From: Nitrospirota bacterium
Lineage (GTDB): Bacteria > Nitrospirota > JACRHJ01
Assembly (NCBI GenBank): GCA_963845245.1
Contig: CAWJRJ010000014.1
Span: 96,001 to 160,000, forward strand
DNA: 64,000 nucleotides
Direction: 5' to 3'
Below the pieces are notes generated by a model that was not told the DNA's origin, did no database searches, and worked only from the letters and a program-made list of their open reading frames with translations. The position numbers and the translations under genes are program-made. This document shows positions 10,457 through 19,204 of this stretch, one piece after another (position 1 is the stretch's first letter; the number at the start of each line of letters is the position of its first letter).

Positions 10457-10598
10457 CCTTTGACATTGATTGTTTCTAAAGGAGGTGATCAAGGAATAAG
10501 TTGTGGAAGCCCGGGGAGTTCCCGGCAGGAGCAGGTTTCAGGTAAGGCGATACCGGAGACCGCAATATATCGAGTTTCAACCAATTCGGGAGGAAAAG

Positions 10599-11654
10599 AT
10601 GAAGAAAGGTATTTTGGCATCAATCGGGTTAATGTCCGCCGCAGCCGTGCTGTCGGCAGGCATAGTAGTCGCGGGCGCGGCCGATGCTGCCGCTCCGAAG
10701 CTTAAGGGTATAGCTTATGTTGCTGGCCACGGCGGCCACCTGGCCGTCTTGAACCTGGCGACCGGCGATCTTGACAGGATAGTCATAACAGGCGCTGGCG
10801 GTGAGCTGGAAGGCAAGATAGCCGGCCTCGAACTCGACGCGGCCCATAAGGGCGCCGGTGGCGGCACGCACGGCCAGGCGCTTGTCGGCCGCAACCTCTA
10901 CGTCGGCCTTTTGAACGGCAAGATGATGAAGTACAACCTCGACACCGAAAAGCTTACGGACCTCGGCCAGGTCGGCAAGAAGTTCTGCGGTACGGTCGAG
11001 GGGCCGGGCGGCAACCTCTACTGCGAGGATATGGCCGACGGCAACGTTTACGTATTTGACCCGTCCAAGGACAAGGCTGCCGACGTCATACCGGCCGGCA
11101 TGTCGGTCTGCGGCATAGGCTGGGACAAGGGCGACAAGAACGCCTTCATCTCAGACATGGTCCAGGGCAAGGTCTTCGTATACGACTGGAAGACCAAGAA
11201 GAAGACGGACACCATCGATATCGGCACCTTTATCCACCAGGGCCGCACCAACCCCGCCCGTACCGAGTTCTGGGTAACCTCTCCTAACGAGTTCACCGTC
11301 GGCGACAAAGGCCCGGTGCCCAACTCCGTTGACCCGAACCGCAAGGACAGGAGCAAGAGCGAAGTTGTCATTGTCGACATGGCGAAGAAGAAGGTCAAGG
11401 ACAGGATAGACCTGACCGCCGAGCAGGCGTTCCCGCATGACCTCGCCTTTACCAAGGATGGCAAGTACGCCCTCGTTACCGCCAGGACATATGGCGACGA
11501 CTCCATCCTGCTCACCATCGACGCCAAGACCCACAAGGTCCTGAACGAGACCTCACTTTGCAAGGCCTGCCACGAGCCGTCCGGCATAAAGGTCAGCATA
11601 GACCAGGGCTCCCCGCTTCTCTGCGGCATAGAAGTAGATTGGGCTGCGAAGTAA
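10599..11654 (+). CDS. Secreted YncE-like beta-propeller protein with a C-terminal CxxCH motif
   Basis: Signal peptide MKKGILASIG..AADA after SD GGGAGG; repeats such as PHDLAFTKDGKYALVT; CKACH near the C-terminus. Confidence 0.75.
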   Translation: MKKGILASIGLMSAAAVLSAGIVVAGAADAAAPKLKGIAYVAGHGGHLAVLNLATGDLDRIVITGAGGELEGKIAGLELDAAHKGAGGGTHGQALVGRNLYVGLLNGKMMKYNLDTEKLTDLGQVGKKFCGTVEGPGGNLYCEDMADGNVYVFDPSKDKAADVIPAGMSVCGIGWDKGDKNAFISDMVQGKVFVYDWKTKKKTDTIDIGTFIHQGRTNPARTEFWVTSPNEFTVGDKGPVPNSVDPNRKDRSKSEVVIVDMAKKKVKDRIDLTAEQAFPHDLAFTKDGKYALVTARTYGDDSILLTIDAKTHKVLNETSLCKACHEPSGIKVSIDQGSPLLCGIEVDWAAK

Positions 11655-11669
11655 GAATTGCAACTTGCC

Positions 11670-11704
11670 AAAACCCCCGGGCCTTTATGGCTCGGGGGTT
11701 TTTT
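11670..11704 (+). terminator. Rho-independent terminator
   Basis: AAAACCCCCGGGCC-TTTAT-GGCTCGGGGGTTTTTT. Confidence 0.85.
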
Positions 11705-11805
11705 ATGGACAACATGTAGCCTTAATGTATAATTATAAATAATGTTAAACACGTACGGTTTCAAAGAAATCATCTCTTCAAAGATTTTCAGAAGACAGGC
11801 GAAAA

Positions 11806-12204
11806 TTGATAAATAGAAAAAGAGTAACAGGTTTTCTGTTCGGCGGCATCATACTATCCTCGTTGCTGGTCGTGATTTTGCCTCGCTTTGTTTTTCCGGT
11901 CTGCGAGTCGCCGATGCACTGCTATTACAGTTATATGGCCGAGCTGGCATTGTCAGCCGTAGCCGTTTCGTCCTCACTTGCCGCCATTTTTTCGAAAGGA
12001 CTTGAGGCGCCGAGGATGCTATCAATACCAGTGTTTGTCTGCGGCATTTTCGCAATCGCGTTTCCTTCCTTTCTGATAGGGGTTTGCGCCAGTCCGGAGA
12101 TGGCCTGCCATTATGGTGACCTCCCTGTCTGGAACCTGTCAGGCGGACTGATGGTTCTGTTGTCACTTGCGGTATTTCTGATCTCAAAGGAGGAGGCCGA
12201 TTGA
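11806..12204 (+). CDS. DUF4418-like membrane protein
   Basis: 4 TM segments with FPVC..PMHC and IGVC..MAC motifs. Confidence 0.75.
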   Translation: MINRKRVTGFLFGGIILSSLLVVILPRFVFPVCESPMHCYYSYMAELALSAVAVSSSLAAIFSKGLEAPRMLSIPVFVCGIFAIAFPSFLIGVCASPEMACHYGDLPVWNLSGGLMVLLSLAVFLISKEEAD

Positions 12205-13403
12205 GGAAGCTCGGGCTTTTTTACCTTGCTACAAGCAATATTAAACGAAAATTATTCAGGACCATCTCGATAGTCCTGTCCGTCGCCGTTGTGGCCGGTA
12301 CGCTCTTTTCGGCTACGATGGTCATATACAGCGTCAAGAGGAGCATAAACATAGGTACGGAGCGGCTCGGGGCCGACATACTCGTGGTGCCTGCCTCGGC
12401 CGAGCAGCAGGCGCGTACAGCGCTTATTTCAGGAGAGCCTGGTACATACTACATGGACCGTTCTGTGCTGGACAAGGTCAGGCAGGTAGAGGGCGTGGAG
12501 AAGGCTACCCCGCAGGTTTTTATCGAGTCGTCGTCTTTTTCGTGCTGTTACGTCGGCAATGTGCTTCTCATCGGATTCGACCCGGCAACCGACTTCTCCG
12601 TCACCTCCTGGCTTTCTGATTTCTCCGGCAAGTTCGGCTCGGACGACATAATAGCCGGACGTGAAATACCGACATTAAAGGGCAGGACACTGACATTTTA
12701 CGGCCACCCGTTCAAGGTCGTCGGAACTCTTGCCCCGACCGGGATGCATTACCTGGACAACTCAGCATTTATAACAATGGATTCCGCCTACCTTATGGCG
12801 GCGGAGTCAAGCAAGAAGGCCAAGAAGACCATCCAGGTTACGCCTAACCAGATTTCCACCGTACTGGTGAAGGTGAAGGAAGGTTTCACTCCCCAGAGGG
12901 TCGCGGTAAAGATAAACTATGCGGTCGACGGGGTAAAGGCCATCGCATCGAGTGAGGTGATCTCCACCGTAAAGGAGCAGCTCTCGACGCTTTTCACCTA
13001 CCTCTTCACGATAGGCGGGATAGTATGGGTTATGGCGCTCCTCCTTATAGCCGTGGTCTTTTCCATGATAGTCAACGAGAGGCAGCGTGAGATAGGGCTG
13101 CTGCGGGCGATGGGCGCTACCAAGGGCTACATGTTCCGCCTGCTCGTCACCGAGGCCTGCATCCTTACCACGGCCGGAGGGGTTACAGGTGTGAGTCTAG
13201 GGGCGATAATCGTGTACAGTTTCAAAAACCTTATAGTAAAGGAACTGAACGTGCCCTACCTCTGGCCTTCGGCCTCTTTCACAGCGATGCTTATGGCAGG
13301 GTGCGTTGCCGTATCTTTGATCACAGGCGTCATTGCGGCCCTCTACCCTGCATCGTTGTCCGCAAGGATGGAGCCGTACAGCGCCATCAGGAAAGGGGAG
13401 TGA
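12201..13403 (+). CDS. ABC transporter permease (MacB/FtsX-like)
   Basis: RLGADILVVP, periplasmic domain with SCC, NERQREIGLLRAMGA, 4 TM. Confidence 0.9.
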   Translation: MRKLGLFYLATSNIKRKLFRTISIVLSVAVVAGTLFSATMVIYSVKRSINIGTERLGADILVVPASAEQQARTALISGEPGTYYMDRSVLDKVRQVEGVEKATPQVFIESSSFSCCYVGNVLLIGFDPATDFSVTSWLSDFSGKFGSDDIIAGREIPTLKGRTLTFYGHPFKVVGTLAPTGMHYLDNSAFITMDSAYLMAAESSKKAKKTIQVTPNQISTVLVKVKEGFTPQRVAVKINYAVDGVKAIASSEVISTVKEQLSTLFTYLFTIGGIVWVMALLLIAVVFSMIVNERQREIGLLRAMGATKGYMFRLLVTEACILTTAGGVTGVSLGAIIVYSFKNLIVKELNVPYLWPSASFTAMLMAGCVAVSLITGVIAALYPASLSARMEPYSAIRKGE

Positions 13404-13407
13404 GGCT

Positions 13408-14074
13408 ATGATAGAGATAGTAAACCTCACCAAAACATACCATGACGGTGAACAGTCGCTTACGGTAGTCAATGAGGTCAACCTCAAAGTGGCGCAGGGC
13501 GAGCTTGTAAGCATAGTAGGACATTCCGGCAGCGGCAAGACCACGCTCCTCTCGCTTATGGGCGGTCTTACGAAGCCGGACGGCGGTACCGTCAAAATAG
13601 GAGGTACGGATATCTGGTCGCTTGGTGACGACCGGCTCTCCGAGTTCAGGAACCGGAACGTCAACTTCATATTCCAGTTCGCAAGCCTCATCCCGACACT
13701 CAACGTCCTCGACAATGTGCTCCTGCCTTCTGCATTCGGGAGCCAGCACCCCAGGCCTCGAAGATTATGCAGTGGAGCTTCTGAAGTTGGTCGGCCTGGG
13801 GGACAAGGTCAGGAGTTATCCGGCCAGGCTCTCAGGCGGACAGCAGCGAAGGGTCGCCATAGCGCGGGCGTTCATAAATTCTCCCAAGGTGGTACTGGCT
13901 GACGAGCCGACAGGCGACCTCGACGAGGCTACTGAGGCCGAGATCATGGAGATATTCAAAAAACAGAACGAGGGCGGCACGACGTTTGTGATAGTGACCC
14001 ACAACAGCGCCCTTGCCGCTATAGCTCCGAAGCGGTATACTATGACTCACGGCATACTATCGGAGAAGATTTGA
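13408..14074 (+). CDS. ABC transporter ATP-binding protein (LolD/MacB-like), frameshifted near 13750
   Basis: Walker A GHSGSGKT in one frame; LSGGQQRR, LADEPTG and VTH in another. Confidence 0.88.
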
Positions 14075-14376
14075 AGACCATCCATGTAAAAATGGCATGC
14101 ATCTTTCTGGTCTTCTTCATCGTCCAGGCGATGTTGCTGAGTTCCGTTTGCGTCTCCACCAAGGGCTTTTCCGCCGCCAAGGAGAAGGTCCTGATTTCCC
14201 TTGATGTCTGCGGCCACGGCGGGGCAACCGGAGTTTTAAGTTTGACCGACTTCGACATTACGATACCTACCGTGCCTCAAATCTTCCTGATAGAATCAAC
14301 AGTTTTTCCTCCGACCCCGGGTGAAACCGTCGCTTCGGTTGAACCTGGAGAAATAGACGACCCCCCGAAATCCTGA
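14071..14376 (+). CDS. Small exported protein ending in DDPPKS, possible DUF2946/CutF-like regulatory leader
   Basis: Hydrophobic N-terminus, LDVCGH, Pro-rich tail ending PP; directly upstream of an OM barrel gene. Confidence 0.5.
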   Translation: MKTIHVKMACIFLVFFIVQAMLLSSVCVSTKGFSAAKEKVLISLDVCGHGGATGVLSLTDFDITIPTVPQIFLIESTVFPPTPGETVASVEPGEIDDPPKS

Positions 14377-14486
14377 TGGGGCAACCGCCCCCCCGCTGCA
14401 ACCCCAATAAATTTTAAAAGGCTACTCCTCATTAAGCCTTCATGAGGATGTTCGAGTTCTGCCATAAACAAGCAAGGAGTAGTACG

Positions 14487-15521
14487 ATGAAAGGGTTCAT
14501 TTTGTCATTGCGCCTTAAATGCGCAGTTACGCTTGGTTTGGTCGCTATCGGCTGGCTGCTGGCGCCGGTGAATGCTCTGGCCTGTGCAAGTTGTGGCTGC
14601 ACATTGAGTCCCGATTGGGAAAACCTGCCGTCTTCCGTTTCGTACATGCCGGGATTAAGGATGGACTTGCGCTATGACTATCTGGACCAGGACCAACTGC
14701 GACGCAGGGGCGGGACTATTTCCGCCCATGACGCCAGCCGGATTACGAACGGCGGCAATCCCCAGGAAGTAGAAAAATTCACCAGAAACAATTACCTGAC
14801 ACTGGGAGCCGATTACAGCATAAACCACGACTGGGGAGTTAATGTCCAACTCCCTTACATAGATAGAGCCCATAGCACGCTTGGGACGGCATCGAACGGG
14901 GTGACCCCGGGGCCTGGCGGAGGGCAGTACGACTCGCATACCGCTAACATTGGCGATATAAAGTTGATAGGGCGCTACCAGGGTTTTACCCCGGATTGCA
15001 ACTTTGGCGTTCTTTTTGGGGTCAAGCTGCCGACCGGCAGCTTCAGGCAGACAGGAAATTCGACCGACCCGACTGCGCCGGGTGCCGTCCCTATCGACCG
15101 CGGCTTGCAGCCTGGTACAGGTACTACCGATCTGATTTTTGGCACATATTATTCCGATGAGCTGACTCAGAACGTGGATTACTTCGGTCAGGCGATTTAC
15201 CAGAAAGCATTGGACTCAAGAGTCCAGTTTAAGCCAGGCGATGGCCTTAACCTCAACCTGGGGTTGCGGTACTTGGGGTTTTCTCGTATTATCCCCCAGC
15301 TCCAGTTTAACTTCCGTTACGTCCTGCACGATATGGGTCATAATGCGGACACCGTCAGTACAGGAGGGACATTGATGTATATCAGCCCGGGTATCTCCGT
15401 GCCGGTCATAAGGCATGTTTCGATGTATGGTTTTGTGCAGGTGCCGGTTTACCAGTACGTACATGGAGTACAACTCGCGCCGCGTTTTACAACCTCTGTA
15501 GGTGTGCGTTACTCATTTTAA
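14487..15521 (+). CDS. Outer-membrane beta-barrel 'transporter' with N-terminal CASCGC
   Basis: SD AAGGAG; signal peptide ..NALA|CASCGC; amphipathic strands; GVKLPTG, LQPGTG; C-terminal YSF. Confidence 0.8.
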   Translation: MKGFILSLRLKCAVTLGLVAIGWLLAPVNALACASCGCTLSPDWENLPSSVSYMPGLRMDLRYDYLDQDQLRRRGGTISAHDASRITNGGNPQEVEKFTRNNYLTLGADYSINHDWGVNVQLPYIDRAHSTLGTASNGVTPGPGGGQYDSHTANIGDIKLIGRYQGFTPDCNFGVLFGVKLPTGSFRQTGNSTDPTAPGAVPIDRGLQPGTGTTDLIFGTYYSDELTQNVDYFGQAIYQKALDSRVQFKPGDGLNLNLGLRYLGFSRIIPQLQFNFRYVLHDMGHNADTVSTGGTLMYISPGISVPVIRHVSMYGFVQVPVYQYVHGVQLAPRFTTSVGVRYSF

Positions 15522-15563
15522 GGTCAAGGGGCATTTATCAACCGATTTTCAAAAGGGGTACAA

Positions 15564-16620
15564 ATGAATTCGAAATACAAAAGACGGCTATTTTTTATAA
15601 CGATTTTAGTTTCTTTTCTATACGGGTCTGTCGCTTGGGCAGGCGGTTTCTGCTGCCAGATGCAGTCCGGTGTGGGGCAGAACGGCCTTTCGGGCGCCGG
15701 AAACGTCAGCCTCGGCGTGGATTACTCCTACAGCAGGATGTCCAGGTTCATGCAGGGTGACGACTCGGTGAGTCTTGCGGCAGTGCTTGACGACCCGAGG
15801 TTCAGGCCTGCGGCGATGGGAAAAATGATGGGTATGGGTGTAGTGCCGGATGAGATGACTATGCAGCGCGTAACCCTGACCGCAGCCTACCAGCCTACCG
15901 ACAGGCTTGCATTGTCGTTGTCCGTCCCATGGGTGATAAACGATATGACCATGTTCATGTGGAAAGACATGGGACTGGGTGGCAGTTGGACCAAGATAAA
16001 GATGGACCAGGTATCCGGGCTTGGCGACATAACCCTGTTTGGCTCTTATAGGGTCTACCAGGACCAGGAAATGAGGCCCAGGACCTCGCTTTGGGCGGGG
16101 GTCGGAATAAAGTCACGCATCAGGTTCTTCAACAGTGGACGAGGGTGGGAAGAGGGTCCACGCACACATGCAACCTGGCACCGGCTCCTGGGACCCAATT
16201 CTGAGCCTGAACTACGTCAAGATGATAAGCTCGGCCTTCCTGTTGAAGGCTGGCGGGACGTATCATATCGCGACCGACAACAACCTGAATTATAATTATG
16301 GCAACACTCTCGCCGTTGACACCGACCTTGCCTACAACCTGACCGACTACATGAACGTCTCGCTTGGTTTCAATTATTTTCATTCAGATAAAGCCCAAGA
16401 CCCGGACAATAATTATAACGGACAGAATCCGCACAGGCTGACGGACTATGTAGGATATACCGGAGAGGACAGTATCTGGGTTTCGCCCACAATGCGTATA
16501 ATGCCTCTGGCTGGCATGGCCGTTGATTTTAAGTTCCAATATCCGCTGTATTATCATATCCCGGTCATCGCGCAGGTCACGGACTTCCGGGTAACGGGAG
16601 GCCTCTCCTACAGTTTCTAA
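15564..16620 (+). CDS. Second outer-membrane beta-barrel 'transporter' (GGFCCQ), frameshifted near 16115
   Basis: Signal peptide ..AWA|GGFCC; GLGDI; MQPGTGSWD in the second frame; C-terminal YSF. Confidence 0.78.
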
Positions 16621-16635
16621 CATCTGCACAAATCA

Positions 16636-16664
16636 AAACGGCGCGGGCATGGCCCGCGCCGTTT
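16636..16664. terminator. Hairpin between convergent genes, probably a bidirectional terminator
   Basis: AAACGGCGCGGGC-ATG-GCCCGCGCCGTTT perfect inverted repeat. Confidence 0.8.
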
Positions 16665-16684
16665 ATTCTTTTACGCTCTACTCC

Positions 16685-17122
16685 TTAAAACCATTCCGCC
16701 CCGGCCTCGACATCGCTTTGGGAGATAACCAGGTTCCCCCCCTCCGCCTTGCTGGGGATTTTAATCGGCACGCAGTTCCCGATACCCGTATCGAGGTTTT
16801 CGATGCTGAAGGCCGTGTTGCAGTACCTGCATACCACGCAGCCATTTTCGGTCCTGTACCCCATGTGGTGAGGGTAGCAGGTGATGCAGGCGTCGAAGGC
16901 TGTCTTGAACTCCCCGTCTTCCGAACGGGCAACGAGGAACACAATATCCTTGTCGCCATAATGATGGCTGAAGAACCGGACATTCCCTTTTTCAATACTG
17001 GCTGTATTAATTATAAACTTGCCGTCCCGTGGCGCGATCTCCTCGCCCCTGGATTTTTTGCCGCAGGCGAATAGGGACACAAGGACAAGAGACAGGATTA
17101 TTGTCGTCGTGATTTTTTTCAT
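16685..17122 (-). CDS. DUF2318-like Fe-S-containing lipoprotein
   Basis: Lipobox LFAC; FDACITC, VCRYC and GNCVP motifs. Confidence 0.8.
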   Translation of the reverse strand: MKKITTTIILSLVLVSLFACGKKSRGEEIAPRDGKFIINTASIEKGNVRFFSHHYGDKDIVFLVARSEDGEFKTAFDACITCYPHHMGYRTENGCVVCRYCNTAFSIENLDTGIGNCVPIKIPSKAEGGNLVISQSDVEAGAEWF

Positions 17123-17214
17123 TATCCAGATTAAACCATAAATTGATACGACATGGAAGAGTTTTAGTGCAGGCCTGAGTGTTTTTTATCTCTGTTGATT
17201 GACTTCGTTTTTGC

Positions 17215-19122
17215 ATGATGTTATTATTTTGTAACGCCATAAAAAGGAAGCTGATGAGTAACAGGCTTGTTATCGGGAAATTAAGTGATATCCTATCCAA
17301 ACCCTTCGTTATTTTTATTCTTTTTGCCCAGTTCGCGGCAGCGATAATCATAGCCTCGGCATACCACGGCCGTAGCAGTTCCGACGGCTGCCTCTACTGC
17401 CATGCGGACAAGCGGGCCATGGCCCGCATGGGCGCGCCCGGCCTCTATGTCACCCGTGAACAGGTCGAGAAGGAATCCAATATGCCCGGCGTCACCTGCC
17501 TGGACTGCCACCTGGGCGACGGCCGCTCACACGACAAGGACACAGCCCACAAGGGCATGCTCAGCCTGATACTTCTCGACCAGGACTTGAACCGCATCCC
17601 GCGCAAGGGCAGGATGGATATAATCGCCCCCTCAGGCTCCGACAGGCTCTACGCCATGTTCCCCAAGATAAACTACGACGGCGCCCAGGTCCCCGACCCG
17701 GACATCTTCACCGTCCTGTGGCATGACAGAGACCCCATAACCCTCGGTTACGACAAGACCATATCCCAGAAGACCTGCGGTAAGAGCGGCTGCCACCCGC
17801 AGGAGGTCAAGCAGTTCTCCGATACCGTTATGGGCGGCAACGTCCGCCAGCGTTCCATGGGTCACTGGCTCGACAAGCATGGCCCAAACAACTGCGGGCC
17901 GTCGTTTGCCGACCTGCCTCCCGGCAGCGGGGCCGGTTTCTCCGAAGCCAATTACAAGATCATAAAGGACGACCTGGCGTGCCCGTCCACCTACAGGAAC
18001 GCCACCGACCGCCAGCGCTTCTGCAACGTCTGCCACGCAGGCTGTCTTGACTGCCATTACCAGCCCGTAAAGAGCATGCATTCCTTCAGCAGGCGGATAC
18101 CTTCCGAGAACTGCACCGGAGGCGGACGCGGCACCGGCATGTGCCATTCCGGGAGCCAGGAGCGAAGGCGCGGCGACAGCTACCTCGGTGCGGAGTTCTC
18201 GCAGCCGCCCGGACTGCCGACGGACGCACACTACAAAAAGAAGATGGAATGCATGGACTGCCATGAGACGGGCGAGAAGGGGATGGGCGACATGCAGCGG
18301 AAGGTGGACTGTAGCGGCTGCCATTACGCCATCGTCAAGGCGCACGACGCCGGCGTACACCGGAAGCTCCGGTGCCAGGCCTGCCACATCTCCACGCTCG
18401 GGGGCTACCAGATGACCGTCTGGGGCGAGGGCCACGTATCAGGTAGGCAGACCCCGTTCAAGAAGTACAGCCTGTACTACGGCACGATCGAGGAGCCCAT
18501 CCTCATCAAGGACATGGAAGGCATGTATACCCCGTACAAGGTGTTCCCGAACGTCGCGACAAACATCAAAAGGCCGGAGGCCAAACGCGACGGCATCACG
18601 TTCCGCTGGCCGGGAGGGGAGACGAGGGACGCTTACGCCTTCCTCGGCACGTATGACACGCTCCCGAAGGCCAACCTCGCCCTTGCATTCATACAGATAG
18701 AGGCGGTCGGCCACCCCCTCGGCAAGTCCCGCACGTGCGAGTCCTGCCACGGCTCGGATACCCAGTCCGCGAAGGCGCAGTGGGAGTACCTGGGCTTCAC
18801 CGGCTCAGAGGCCTTCAAGGGCGCAAGCCTCGTTACCGCAGGCAAGGACGGCCTGAAGATAAGCGGGTTCAAGAATACCACGCCTATCAATATGATAGGT
18901 GATGCGGAACTGGCCGACTTTGCCGCGTGGCTCTACCTCGGCGACATATGGAACGTCAAAGGCGACTTCTCCATCCCGAAGTCCGACCCTGTGAAGTACC
19001 GGGAATATCTGAGGCAGGAGGGCGAGTTCAAGAGCCTGCTCGGGAAGAAGGCCGTGACCGCGAAAATCAAGTCCATAGGCGAGCATAACCCGAAGATGGG
19101 GCTGGATATTTTGAATAGGTAA
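17215..19122 (+). CDS. Multiheme cytochrome c (8 CxxCH plus 2 possible atypical motifs); start codon uncertain
   Basis: CLYCH, CLDCH, CNVCH, CLDCH, CMDCH, CSGCH, CQACH, CESCH; also CGKSGCH and CTGGGRGTGMCH; N-terminal TM/signal segment. Confidence 0.9.
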   Translation: MMLLFCNAIKRKLMSNRLVIGKLSDILSKPFVIFILFAQFAAAIIIASAYHGRSSSDGCLYCHADKRAMARMGAPGLYVTREQVEKESNMPGVTCLDCHLGDGRSHDKDTAHKGMLSLILLDQDLNRIPRKGRMDIIAPSGSDRLYAMFPKINYDGAQVPDPDIFTVLWHDRDPITLGYDKTISQKTCGKSGCHPQEVKQFSDTVMGGNVRQRSMGHWLDKHGPNNCGPSFADLPPGSGAGFSEANYKIIKDDLACPSTYRNATDRQRFCNVCHAGCLDCHYQPVKSMHSFSRRIPSENCTGGGRGTGMCHSGSQERRRGDSYLGAEFSQPPGLPTDAHYKKKMECMDCHETGEKGMGDMQRKVDCSGCHYAIVKAHDAGVHRKLRCQACHISTLGGYQMTVWGEGHVSGRQTPFKKYSLYYGTIEEPILIKDMEGMYTPYKVFPNVATNIKRPEAKRDGITFRWPGGETRDAYAFLGTYDTLPKANLALAFIQIEAVGHPLGKSRTCESCHGSDTQSAKAQWEYLGFTGSEAFKGASLVTAGKDGLKISGFKNTTPINMIGDAELADFAAWLYLGDIWNVKGDFSIPKSDPVKYREYLRQEGEFKSLLGKKAVTAKIKSIGEHNPKMGLDILNR

Positions 19123-19204
19123 CGGTGGGCAAATTGATTGACACGCCTCCTTACGAGGTAGTAAGATAAGGAATAGACTGAATTAACCGGAGCCAACGAA
19201 ATCC

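Noticed and set aside
10503..10598. Upstream in-frame start extensions in the ORF track (also 14442, 21163, 24328, 39499, 43311, 48625, 60831)
   Set aside because: Downstream starts have better SD sites, signal peptides or family-typical N-termini.
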